Assembly: GCA_040289575.1 (NCBI GenBank)
Contig: PSLL01000035.1
Location: 5,147-24,931, forward strand
Length of the DNA stretch: 19,785 nt
Source of the DNA: Candidatus Dadabacteria bacterium
GTDB taxonomy: Bacteria; Desulfobacterota_D; UBA1144; Nemesobacterales; CSP1-2
Reading direction: 5' to 3'
The translations under genes and the position numbers were made by a program. Below the pieces are notes generated by a model, which saw nothing but the letters and a program-made list of their open reading frames with translations, was not told the DNA's origin and did no database searches. Positions 1 through 8,580 of the stretch are shown here, one piece after another (positions within the stretch are counted from its first letter, which is position 1; each line of letters begins with the position of its first letter).

Positions 1-315
1 TTGCAGCCTCTGAGCGGTCAAGACGGAATGGAAAGGCTGAATTCGGATTATCCGTAAGCAGGGCACCGGTTAATCCGTTCACCGAAGGCGTATTAGGAAG
101 TGGCTTGAAGCGAGGCTCCTTGGGCGGATTGGCAGCATTTGGGTAGGTCGCGAAGTAGTGGTCAAATGAGACATTCTCCTGGAATATAATTACCAGTACT
201 TTATCGGAGTAGTAGCCCCATAGGCTGGATTTAGCCATGTGCTTAGGGTCATAGAACACAGAGTTAATATGACTATTAATGACTTGATACTCATTGCAAT
301 CCCTTTGGATTTCAT
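1..315 (-). pseudogene. Secreted phosphoesterase of the phospholipase C / AcpA acid phosphatase family, 5' part only (runs off the window), with a 1-nt frameshift near 195
   Basis: Hand translation: SD AAGGAGG, then ATG at 315 giving a signal-peptide-like MKSKGIAMSIKSLIVILTLCSMTLSTWLNPAYGATTPIKY. That frame hits TAA at 190-192. The adjacent frame continues VIIFQENVSFDHYFATYPNAANP, the family motif TPIKxxVxIxQENxSFDHYF. Not in the ORF track. Confidence 0.85.
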
Positions 316-364
316 TTCCTTATCCTCCTTGAAATTGTGTTTTGCTACAATCTACAGAGGGTAG

Positions 365-402
365 GTGAAAGGGAGATTAATTTTTTATTAAGATATGATT
401 AA
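365..402 (-). promoter_or_regulatory. Putative Pho box array (4 units, 11-bp period) upstream of the phosphoesterase
   Basis: Minus-strand pentamers TTAAT (402-398), TTAAT (391-387), TTAAT (380-376), TTCAC (369-365). Same pattern as three other sites in the cluster. Confidence 0.7.
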
Positions 403-452
403 TCAGACAATTCGGGCTTAGGGTTACTCGAGGATCGAATATCTACATATGC

Positions 453-2222
453 CTAGGCAGGAAGTGAGATTATAAACCTGCTTCCTTTTCCAACCTCACT
501 TTGAACCTCAATCCTCCCGCCGTGCATGATTACGATGTGTTTTACAATGCTAAGGCCAAGCCCAGTGCCGCCGATTTTCCTTGAGCGCGTCCTATCTACC
601 CTGTAGAACCGCTCAAAGATTCTAGGCAGATGCTCTTTTGGAATTCCGATCCCCGTATCTGAAACCTCGATTATAAACTGTGAATCGGATTTAGAAATCC
701 CGACCCCGATTGTCCCGTCTTCTGGTGTATACTTTGCAGCATTATCTATGAGGTTTATAAACATCTGCTCTAAAAGAAATCCATCACCTCTATACGGGGG
801 CAAGCCCTCTTTTATATCAAGACAAACCCGGAGGTTCTTCTCTTCTATTTTGCTCTTTATCGCCTCAAGTGATGATGATACTATTTGCTTAAAATTGATC
901 TCTTCAATGACAGCTTTGGATTCCTCTTCCCATAAAGCCTCCTTTCTTTCAATCTCGGAGAGCACAAGGAGATCGGATACTATATTTATCAATCTATCGG
1001 TATGCCTCTTTATTATGTTGAGAAAGTGGTTCCTCTCATCCGCGTTTTCATATGCCTCTGACTCTAGGGTTTCTATATAGCCCTTTATTGCTGTAAGCGG
1101 GGTTCTGAGTTCATGAGACACGTTTGCGACAAAATCGGCTTTTATCTTCTCGAGTCTTTTAAATTCGGTAATGTCGAATATCACAACTATCGCTCCTCTC
1201 TCTGAGGGGTTCAGCGGAATGCTATTTGCCAGATAGTATTTCTCAAGGGGATAAAGGAGCGAAATCTCTCTTTTCTCTGCCTTCATGCTTTTAAGCGTAT
1301 TCTCTATCAATTCCGCGATCTCTCTATTTCTTAAAACCTCCCAGTAGGATTTTCCAAGGGAAATATCTCTTATACTGAACATATCCTTTAAGGCTCTGTT
1401 TATGAGAATAACCCTACCATCGCCCCCTACAACCATCACCCCTTCGCTCATTGCACCGAGGACGGCTTCGAGTTGATTCTTCTCAAGTGACACCTCTTTA
1501 AACAACTCGTCTAATTTCTCAGCCATCCTGCCGAGAGCCAGATTGACCTTTCCAATCTCCCCTTTTTTATCTGAGATGGGGATATTTATATTAAAACTCC
1601 CTTTTGCAATCTCTTCAGATACCGCAATGATTTTATCAAGTGGCTTTGTAATTGCCCTTGACGATCCGAGTGAGAGTAGAAACGCAAAGAGGGTTAAAAT
1701 GAGCCCTATGTAGATTATCTTTGACTTTATTGAGGAAAAGGCCTTTTCAATAAAACTAAGCGGGAGCGCCGTTCGAACTATCGCTTTGATTTCACCTCTT
1801 TCATCCTTTAATGGAACCGCAACATAGAGCAAGTCCTTCTTAAGAGTTATGCTATAGCGCCTGCTTTTTCCAATCCCTTTGGAGATTGCCTCTATTACTT
1901 CGGGTCTTCCTGCATGGTTTTCCATAGTCGCAGGATCATGCTCGGAGTCGCCAATGACAACTCCGTCTTTGGCGATTACAGTGATCCTTACTCCAATTTT
2001 CTTACCAAGTTCCGGGACGAGGGATCTTATCTCTTCATTTTTGCCCTCGGCAATCGGGGTCTTAAGAATCTCACGAAGGAGATTAGCCCCAGTAAACAAC
2101 CTCTCTTCTGTAAGCGATTCATCGTATTTTTTAAGTTCGCTGATTATAAATATGGTAAATAAAAACAGAACTAAAGAGATGATTAAAAAATTGAGAAGAA
2201 ACTGCTTCCAGAGAGTCTTCAA
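453..2222 (-). CDS. phoR: Phosphate regulon sensor histidine kinase (2 TM, HAMP, PAS, HisKA, HATPase)
   Basis: H-box DFVANVSHELRTPLTAIKGY, N-box NLIDNAAKY, G-boxes DTGIGIP and GGTGLGLSIVKH, FERFYRVD, periplasmic MENHAGRPEV. Directly downstream of an OmpR-family regulator, among phosphatase and porin genes. Confidence 0.9.
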   Translation of the reverse strand: MKTLWKQFLLNFLIISLVLFLFTIFIISELKKYDESLTEERLFTGANLLREILKTPIAEGKNEEIRSLVPELGKKIGVRITVIAKDGVVIGDSEHDPATMENHAGRPEVIEAISKGIGKSRRYSITLKKDLLYVAVPLKDERGEIKAIVRTALPLSFIEKAFSSIKSKIIYIGLILTLFAFLLSLGSSRAITKPLDKIIAVSEEIAKGSFNINIPISDKKGEIGKVNLALGRMAEKLDELFKEVSLEKNQLEAVLGAMSEGVMVVGGDGRVILINRALKDMFSIRDISLGKSYWEVLRNREIAELIENTLKSMKAEKREISLLYPLEKYYLANSIPLNPSERGAIVVIFDITEFKRLEKIKADFVANVSHELRTPLTAIKGYIETLESEAYENADERNHFLNIIKRHTDRLINIVSDLLVLSEIERKEALWEEESKAVIEEINFKQIVSSSLEAIKSKIEEKNLRVCLDIKEGLPPYRGDGFLLEQMFINLIDNAAKYTPEDGTIGVGISKSDSQFIIEVSDTGIGIPKEHLPRIFERFYRVDRTRSRKIGGTGLGLSIVKHIVIMHGGRIEVQSEVGKGSRFIISLPA

Positions 2223-2230
2223 ATCTTTCC

Positions 2231-2920
2231 CTATTCTTCTATCTTGTAGCCTATACCCCGAATTGTTTTTACCATACTTCCAGCCTTGCCGAGTTTTTCC
2301 CTTAGGTTTTTTATATGAACATCAATGGTTCTGTCGTAGACCAGTTTTTCATCTCCCCAAATCCTTTTCTTTTTGAGCAGTTGGTCCCGTGTAAATACCC
2401 TTCCTCTGCCTTCTGCAAGCACCTCAAGTATTTTGAACTCCGTTGTTGTAAGCTCTATTTGCCTGCCGTCAACTGTAGCTTCAAACTTTTCAGGATCTAT
2501 GGAAAGGGGGCCGATTCTTATGGATTTTTCCTTATCCTGCTCCTTGCCTACTCGCCTCAGTATGTTTTTTACTCTTGCGACGAGTTCTCGCGGGCTAAAG
2601 GGCTTCACTATGTAGTCATCCGCGCCGAGCTCAAGTCCAACGACGATGTCTGCCTCCGTCCCCTTTGCGGTAAGCATGATTATTGGAAGCGATGAGGTGC
2701 GGCTGTTATTCTTTAGAATCCTGCATATCTCAAGCCCATCTGTCCCCGGAAGCATTATGTCTAGGATTACAAGATCAGGGAGTAAGGATTTTATATATGA
2801 AAGAAAATCCCTTCCATTGTAGAATCCCTTAACCTTAAATCCATCCCTTTTTAGATGATGGCTCACGAGCTCTACAATATCCTCTTCATCGTCTACTATG
2901 GTTATTAACTTGTCGGTCAT
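2231..2920 (-). CDS. phoB: OmpR/PhoB-family response regulator
   Basis: Receiver motifs IVDDE, LDIMLP, MLTAK, GADDYIVKPF and winged helix DRTIDVHIKNLREKL...TIRGIGY. ATG at 2920 preferred over TTG at 2935. The PhoB call rests on gene context. Confidence 0.88.
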   Translation of the reverse strand: MTDKLITIVDDEEDIVELVSHHLKRDGFKVKGFYNGRDFLSYIKSLLPDLVILDIMLPGTDGLEICRILKNNSRTSSLPIIMLTAKGTEADIVVGLELGADDYIVKPFSPRELVARVKNILRRVGKEQDKEKSIRIGPLSIDPEKFEATVDGRQIELTTTEFKILEVLAEGRGRVFTRDQLLKKKRIWGDEKLVYDRTIDVHIKNLREKLGKAGSMVKTIRGIGYKIEE

Positions 2921-2959
2921 TTGATATTCACCCAATTATTTTATATTTTGTATTTTTTA

Positions 2960-3019
2960 TTACAACAACTCTAATTTGCCCTTAACTAAATTTTAACATC
3001 CTTTTCATATCAGATTTAC
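2960..3019 (+). promoter_or_regulatory. Putative Pho box array (up to 6 units, 11-bp period) between phoB and the divergent gene
   Basis: TTACA 2960, CTAAT 2971, TTAAC 2982, TTAAC 2993, TTCAT 3004, TTTAC 3015. Confidence 0.75.
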
Positions 3020-3071
3020 TTGCGGTATTTAGTCTTTTAATTAAGTGATATATCTAAAGGAGAAGGAAAGT

Positions 3072-3566
3072 ATGGAGAAGAAAAGGAGGCAAGTCACTAT
3101 GGAAGAGGCAAAAAAGGAGTTAAAAATTGATGGAATTGAGGAAATAAGAGAGAAGGCGGTCAAAGGAGCAAATCTAGGGGTCAGAGACTATGTGGATATG
3201 ACTAGAGAGCTTACAGGGCTTGTAAAGGAGAGTTATATCACGGGCCTTCAGTTCTTCTTTTCCATCTATGAGGAGAGCCTAAAGGTTATAAATACGCAGT
3301 CCGAGGAGTGGAGGAGATTACATGAGGAATCCACAAGGCTAGTGAGAGAGACATTTGAGAGGTTTCCGGCTGAGGCGGTTAACTTCTGGAATACCCATTC
3401 GAGATTTATAGATAGCCATGCGGGGAAAATAATCGCCTTCCATAAGGATTATTCTCAGGTGTTGATAAATACATCAGATAAGTTTATGAAAGAAACCATT
3501 GGGCTTATTAAAAACAGCATTGATAGGATATTTGGGAGTTTCAACGAGTACTTGGAGGTTAAATAG
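3072..3566 (+). CDS. Hypothetical all-helical amphipathic protein, phasin-like
   Basis: SD AAGGA before ATG at 3072 (alternative GTG at 3045). Charged, nearly Pro-free sequence with periodic hydrophobic residues; no signal peptide or TM segment. Family resemblance is inference only. Confidence 0.65.
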   Translation: MEKKRRQVTMEEAKKELKIDGIEEIREKAVKGANLGVRDYVDMTRELTGLVKESYITGLQFFFSIYEESLKVINTQSEEWRRLHEESTRLVRETFERFPAEAVNFWNTHSRFIDSHAGKIIAFHKDYSQVLINTSDKFMKETIGLIKNSIDRIFGSFNEYLEVK

Positions 3567-3591
3567 GGGTTAATTCAGAATCCCACCGGGC

Positions 3592-4053
3592 ATGTATAGA
3601 TATACAGAGTTATACAAAAGAGCCCTTCTTTCCAACGGTGTGGGGATTGGGGCTATTGGTAAAAAACACCTAGAGCCTAGCCCACCGATCAAGATAATGT
3701 TGGCTTCAGGTTCAAGACTCTTCTTAGAAGGAGTCCGTAAAATTCTGGAGGATGAAGGGAGTATAAAGATAGTGACTGAGGCTTCAAGCTGGGGAGAGGC
3801 TACAAAGCGAGTTAATGAATTAGAATTTGATTTTTTGTTTATTGATAGTAGTACGCTCAGTTTGGATACCAATGATATATCAGATTTGATAAATAAGAAA
3901 GGTTCTAATACCAAGGTTATTTTATTGGAAAACCAAGCTAAAGATAGGATTGACATTCCTGATGTTATACACATAACTAAGGAAACTGGTTCTTCGGAGC
4001 TTATATATATTATAAAATTGATTGAGCAGCCTCATTACATACACCGTGATTAA
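3592..4053 (+). CDS. Stand-alone atypical receiver-domain protein (NarL-type N-terminal domain, no HTH)
   Basis: IKIMLASGSRLFLEGVRKILEDEGSIKIVTEAS...DFLFID...KVILL...ITKE follows the NarL/LuxR receiver pattern. The ORF ends right after the domain. Start uncertain. Confidence 0.65.
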   Translation: MYRYTELYKRALLSNGVGIGAIGKKHLEPSPPIKIMLASGSRLFLEGVRKILEDEGSIKIVTEASSWGEATKRVNELEFDFLFIDSSTLSLDTNDISDLINKKGSNTKVILLENQAKDRIDIPDVIHITKETGSSELIYIIKLIEQPHYIHRD

Positions 4054-4182
4054 AGGCAATATCTGTATGCATCAAATAATTGCAAATCAATAAAACGGCA
4101 TTTCACCAATGGTATTGCCAATGTCTCTAAACAGAATAGAATGATTTTCGTTCGTGATGAACGACTGAATTATGGAGAGAAG

Positions 4183-5121
4183 ATGAGAATCGAGTTTCAA
4201 AAATGGACTCTATTTCTTTTAGCGGCTGTTTTTGGTGCCTGTAGTTATACTAGCTTTATAGTACCCCGAAAGGGTGTGACAGCCGACCCCGTTATCGCAG
4301 CGGCGGGCGATATTGCCTGTGACCCAGCCGATGCAAATTACAACGGGGGAATCGGAACGGAGACGGCATGTCACATGAAGGCCACGTCGGATCTACTACT
4401 GGAGATAAATCCGGTTGCTGTTCTCACACTGGGTGACAATCAATATGAGGTCGCCACACTCAGCGAGTTCAATCAGTCCTTTGACCCTACATGGGGACGG
4501 CTCAAATCCATTATCCATCCTGCGGTTGGAAACCATGAATACAAGACGCCTGGGGCATCGGGTTACTTCAATTATTTTGGAGCTGCGGCCGGAGATCCTG
4601 AGAAGGGCTATTATAGCTATGACATAGGAGCCTGGCACATAATCGCGCTCAATTCCAACTGCTCTGAGGTAGGTGGATGTGGATTTGGCTCGCCTCAGGA
4701 GCGGTGGCTGAGGGCTGATCTTGCCGCGCATCCTGCCTTTTGTACCCTTGCATATTGGCACCATCCGCGCTTCTCCTCAGGCAGATACGGCAACAACCCT
4801 GATTATGAAGCATTTTGGCAAGACCTATATAATGCCGGTGCGGATGTTGTGCTCGTTGGACACGAACACAACTACGAACGGTTTACCCCTCAGGATCCAA
4901 ATGGGGTAGCCGATCCAGTGCGTGGGATTCGTCAGTTCATAGTCGGAACCGGAGGAAAGAACCTCTCTCCGTTTGTAAATGTTGGGCCTAACAGCGAGGT
5001 CCGCAATTCAGACACATTTGGCGTGCTGGTCATGACCCTTCATCCCAATAGTTATGATTGGAGATTCATTCCGGAGCATGGAAAGGGATTTACTGATTCC
5101 GGCGCCGCCCCCTGCCATTGA
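4183..5121 (+). CDS. Calcineurin-like metallophosphoesterase (purple acid phosphatase-like), probable lipoprotein
   Basis: Motifs AAGDIA, LGDNQY, GNHEY, WHHP, GHEHNY. Hydrophobic N-terminus with lipobox FGAC. SD GGAGA before ATG at 4183. Confidence 0.9.
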   Translation: MRIEFQKWTLFLLAAVFGACSYTSFIVPRKGVTADPVIAAAGDIACDPADANYNGGIGTETACHMKATSDLLLEINPVAVLTLGDNQYEVATLSEFNQSFDPTWGRLKSIIHPAVGNHEYKTPGASGYFNYFGAAAGDPEKGYYSYDIGAWHIIALNSNCSEVGGCGFGSPQERWLRADLAAHPAFCTLAYWHHPRFSSGRYGNNPDYEAFWQDLYNAGADVVLVGHEHNYERFTPQDPNGVADPVRGIRQFIVGTGGKNLSPFVNVGPNSEVRNSDTFGVLVMTLHPNSYDWRFIPEHGKGFTDSGAAPCH

Positions 5122-5208
5122 CATTTAGGATTCAATATATTTGTCTTACATACAGTTGAGTAATTGGGTGTATAAACTTAGTCTGACAATGGAAGAATTG
5201 CCTTTGAA

Positions 5209-5257
5209 TTATTGAGCACTTAACTGAACTTTAACCCTCCCTTCATGGGGTATTAAT
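5209..5257 (+). promoter_or_regulatory. Putative Pho box array upstream of the alkaline phosphatase-superfamily gene
   Basis: TTATT 5209, TTAAC 5220, TTAAC 5231, TTCAT 5242, TTAAT 5253 (11-bp period). Confidence 0.75.
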
Positions 5258-5304
5258 TCTCTCTATTTAGAGTTTCATAAGAATTGAAATTGGAGGCAAT
5301 AAAA

Positions 5305-5943
5305 ATGGACCTCAGACGCACACTCATTAAAATCACCTCGGCGGTATTATTTGTTGTGATTATGTTACTACCAATAGGTCTGATTTCAGTTCAGGCACAA
5401 GATATAAATAGCAGTGCGACTGGAGCTAGCAAAGGCAAAGGTATCGAACGAGTCTTGTTAATCAGCATTGATGGCATGCACGCTGTTGATCTCGAGAAAT
5501 TCGTGTTTGCTAATCCGCAGTCTACACTGGTGCAGCTAAAAAAGTACGGCATCACATATACAAATGCCTCTACTTCGCGCCCTTCTGACTCATTTCCCGG
5601 ACTGCTGACACAGGTAACTGGTGGCTCTACAGTATCAACCGGTGTATGGTACGACGATAGCTATGACCATACTCTCTCGCCCCTCTGGGTCAATTGTACT
5701 ACGGTTGGAACCGAGGTACTGTATGACGAGTCAATTGACAAGAATTCAAATGCGATTGATGGTGGAGGCGGGGGTAACAACATCAATGCAATTGATCCTA
5801 CTAAACTGCCCCTTGACCCAAAAAAGGGTGCAAACCCGTCTACCCCCACAGCTATCTGCGGGTCAATACGGTCTTTGAGGTCATCAAGGCTCACGGTGGG
5901 CGCACTGCCTGGTCTGATAAGCATCCGGCTTATGATATTGTGA
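5305..5943 (+). CDS. Alkaline phosphatase superfamily (type I phosphodiesterase / NPP-like) protein, N-terminal fragment of a gene frameshifted at 5820-5826
   Basis: SD GGAGG before ATG at 5305, signal peptide, LISIDGMH, nucleophile region PSDSFPG. Plausible protein sequence moves to the -1 frame after LPLDPKK. Confidence 0.85.
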   Translation: MDLRRTLIKITSAVLFVVIMLLPIGLISVQAQDINSSATGASKGKGIERVLLISIDGMHAVDLEKFVFANPQSTLVQLKKYGITYTNASTSRPSDSFPGLLTQVTGGSTVSTGVWYDDSYDHTLSPLWVNCTTVGTEVLYDESIDKNSNAIDGGGGGNNINAIDPTKLPLDPKKGANPSTPTAICGSIRSLRSSRLTVGALPGLISIRLMIL

Positions 5944-6863
5944 ATGGACCCTCGGGTAAGGGGGTTGATGATCTTTACAACCCAGAGATCGCTGCCAACA
6001 ACTCGAGTGCAACCTCGAGTGTTCCCGCAGCTGAAGCCTACGATGATCTGAAGGTACAGGCCATAATAAATGAGATAGATGGGTTCGATCACACCGGGGC
6101 CGTATTTGTAGGGGTACCTACGATCTTTGGGATGAATTTCCAGACCGTCAGTGTAGCACAGAAACTCTCGGGAAATGGTTATGCAGACAGTAGAGGAACA
6201 CCTAGTTCAGGTCTGATGGATGCATTAAATCATACCGACCAGTCAATTGGTAAGATGGTGCAGGAGCTTCAGAAGAAAGGCTTATTCAGCTCGACACTAA
6301 TTATAATAAGCGCCAAGCACGGCCAGTCACCGATTGATCCCAGCAAATCGAAAATCGTTGACAAGAATCTGATTCCGAATTTGGTCAATGGTGTACAGAA
6401 CAATTTACTAGCCCAAGCAACCCAAGATGATATATCCCTGCTCTGGTTGACTGACAGGGGTCGTATCAACGATGTTGTCAATGCTCTGATTACTAATCAA
6501 CCTCAATTTAAGATACAAGAGATCTACTCTGGTGAGTCACTAAAACTACAGTTTAACGACCCACAAAATGACCCCCGTGTGCCTGATATAATCGTACAAT
6601 CCGAGCTAGGTGTAATATACGCAAAGACTACCGCTACAAAAATCGCAGAACACGGTGGTTTCAGCGATAACGATACGAATGTGGCTCTGCTGGTTTCCTT
6701 CCCTGGTCTTCATGGACAGGAGATCAAGTCACCTGTGCAGACCACACAGATTGCTCCTACCATCTTAGCGGCGCTCGGACTTAATCCGCAGGCGCTGGAA
6801 GCGGTGCAAATAGAGCATACATCGGTGCTTCCTGGATTGAGTTTTTTTAAAGGCGAAGAATAG
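5940..6863 (+). CDS. Alkaline phosphatase superfamily protein, C-terminal fragment (this frame is open from about 5823)
   Basis: Upstream of the listed start the frame reads GCKPVYPHSYLRVNTVFEVIKAHGGRTAWSDKHPAYDIV. It then has DQSIGKMV, IIISAKHG, PDII, AEHGG, QIAPTILAALG. Confidence 0.85.
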   Translation: MNGPSGKGVDDLYNPEIAANNSSATSSVPAAEAYDDLKVQAIINEIDGFDHTGAVFVGVPTIFGMNFQTVSVAQKLSGNGYADSRGTPSSGLMDALNHTDQSIGKMVQELQKKGLFSSTLIIISAKHGQSPIDPSKSKIVDKNLIPNLVNGVQNNLLAQATQDDISLLWLTDRGRINDVVNALITNQPQFKIQEIYSGESLKLQFNDPQNDPRVPDIIVQSELGVIYAKTTATKIAEHGGFSDNDTNVALLVSFPGLHGQEIKSPVQTTQIAPTILAALGLNPQALEAVQIEHTSVLPGLSFFKGEE

Positions 6864-6886
6864 TTAGAGAGCGGTTGAGGACTTTC

Positions 6887-6924
6887 TTAACCAAACCTTA
6901 ACATTCTTTTCATATTGAGTTCAT
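6887..6924 (+). promoter_or_regulatory. Putative Pho box array upstream of the porin
   Basis: TTAAC 6887, TTAAC 6898, TTCAT 6909, TTCAT 6920 (11-bp period). Confidence 0.75.
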
Positions 6925-7016
6925 TTTTCCTATTTACTCTAAATCGCAGGATTTCACGGGGGGATTAAATGACATAGTGAAATCTAATAACAAAAAATCC
7001 ATAAGGAGGATGACCT

Positions 7017-8384
7017 ATGGTCAGAATTTTATCCGGAGTGATGTTGGTGTTGGGGATGTTTCTGATACCGTATTTTGCTGTAGACTCATGGGCTGAGGGA
7101 CAAAAGAATCAAACCCAGGTGGCAAAAAGCCCGGAAGAATCACAGATAGAGCAGCTCAAGCAAGAGATTGAGATAATCCAAAATCAAAACCAAAAGCAGA
7201 TTGAAGAGCTTCAAAAGAAGATAGAGGGACTCGAGAAGAAAGAGGCAAAAGCGCCGGAGAAAGGAAAATTCCCTGGTAACTTTGATGCTGGATACAAGGA
7301 TGGTCTTTATTTAAAGACAAGGAATGATAAATTCAGTCTCAAATTCAATGTCTTATTCCAGGGTCAATTTTTTCTCCAGACTTTTGATAATGATAGAGGG
7401 TTAGATAAAGACAAGCAGATAACTATTCAGATAAGGAGACTTAGGCTTTTCTTTACCGGCAATGGGTTTTTTCCTTGGATGAAGTACTTTGTTCAGGTAG
7501 GTTCTGATAAGGGAGGTAGCTTTGAGATAAAGGACGCTTTCCTAGACTTTGCCTATTATCCAGAGTTAACACCCAGAATAGGTCAGTGGAAGGTTCCTTT
7601 TCAAAGAGAGGAACTGACGTCCGATGCTTTTTTGGAATTTGGAGCTGACCGTTCTATTGTCAATGATGAATTCACATTTGAAAGGGACCTTGGAGTTGAA
7701 ATATATGGAAGCCTGATTAATAACCTAATAGAATATGCAGGTGGGGTGTTCAATGGAGCAGGAAGAAATGTATCGCCTAATCCCAACGGCACAAACTTAC
7801 TCTATGCAGGCCGTGTGGTATTTCAACCATTCGGAAAATACGAATACTCTCAAGGGGATCTCAGAGATGACCCGACTCAGCCACTATTTGCAATAGGAGC
7901 AGCAGTTGCTGGACTTCCAAATTTTAATCCTACAACAGCTACAAGTAGCAGGGCAAATCTTGCAAAAGCTGTTTTAGCGATAGATCCAAACATCAAGAAT
8001 GCAGATGTGTTTCAGTTCACAGCGGATGTTGGATTTAAGTATTATGGATTTGCATTTGAGGGGGAATATGACATGAGGCGTATATTTCATATACAATCTA
8101 CTGCTGCGATTAATAATCCCGCTACGGCTCATGGTCTTAGGCTCCAGGCGGGTTATTTATTTCTTCCACCACACTTTGAAGTAGCGTTCAGATATGGGAT
8201 AGTAGACCCTAACAATCATAAGAGTGGAGATAGGAAACAGGAATTCACACCGGCTCTAAATTACTACATATACAAACATCGCCTAAAGGTTGGAGTGAAC
8301 TACTCGCTTCTTCTACAACAGGATTCTAATGGAGGTAATTTTAAAGATAATAGGTTTAGAATTCAAACACAGCTTTACTTTTAA
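7017..8384 (+). CDS. Phosphate-selective porin, OprO/OprP family
   Basis: SD AAGGAGG, signal peptide, N-terminal coiled coil, IRRLRL, KDAF, RIGQWKVPFQREEL, RDLGV, YAGGVFNG, alternating beta-strand pattern and C-terminal Phe (QTQLYF). Confidence 0.85.
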   Translation: MVRILSGVMLVLGMFLIPYFAVDSWAEGQKNQTQVAKSPEESQIEQLKQEIEIIQNQNQKQIEELQKKIEGLEKKEAKAPEKGKFPGNFDAGYKDGLYLKTRNDKFSLKFNVLFQGQFFLQTFDNDRGLDKDKQITIQIRRLRLFFTGNGFFPWMKYFVQVGSDKGGSFEIKDAFLDFAYYPELTPRIGQWKVPFQREELTSDAFLEFGADRSIVNDEFTFERDLGVEIYGSLINNLIEYAGGVFNGAGRNVSPNPNGTNLLYAGRVVFQPFGKYEYSQGDLRDDPTQPLFAIGAAVAGLPNFNPTTATSSRANLAKAVLAIDPNIKNADVFQFTADVGFKYYGFAFEGEYDMRRIFHIQSTAAINNPATAHGLRLQAGYLFLPPHFEVAFRYGIVDPNNHKSGDRKQEFTPALNYYIYKHRLKVGVNYSLLLQQDSNGGNFKDNRFRIQTQLYF

Positions 8385-8429
8385 ATTAGGTATTCATCTC
8401 CTTACCATTCTATCGGCGTTATCGCCTAA

Positions 8430-8474
8430 AGGAACCCGGCGCCCCGGCCCCGGTGTTGGGTTCCTCCTTTATTT
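8430..8474 (+). terminator. Probable intrinsic terminator after the porin gene
   Basis: Stem AGGAACCCGGCGCC / GGTGTTGGGTTCCT (G-U pairs valid on the + strand) followed by CCTTTATTT. Confidence 0.7.
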
Positions 8475-8580
8475 GATGTGATGAACTCCCATAAACCAAG
8501 GCACAAATTGTTGAAATGTGAGATTGGATTATATACACTATTGGAACTTTTTTACTAATTGACTTTTAGATCTAGAAAAT

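Noticed and set aside
748..2695. Plus-strand ORFs overlapping phoR and phoB
   Set aside because: Antisense shadows of well-supported genes, with no motifs.
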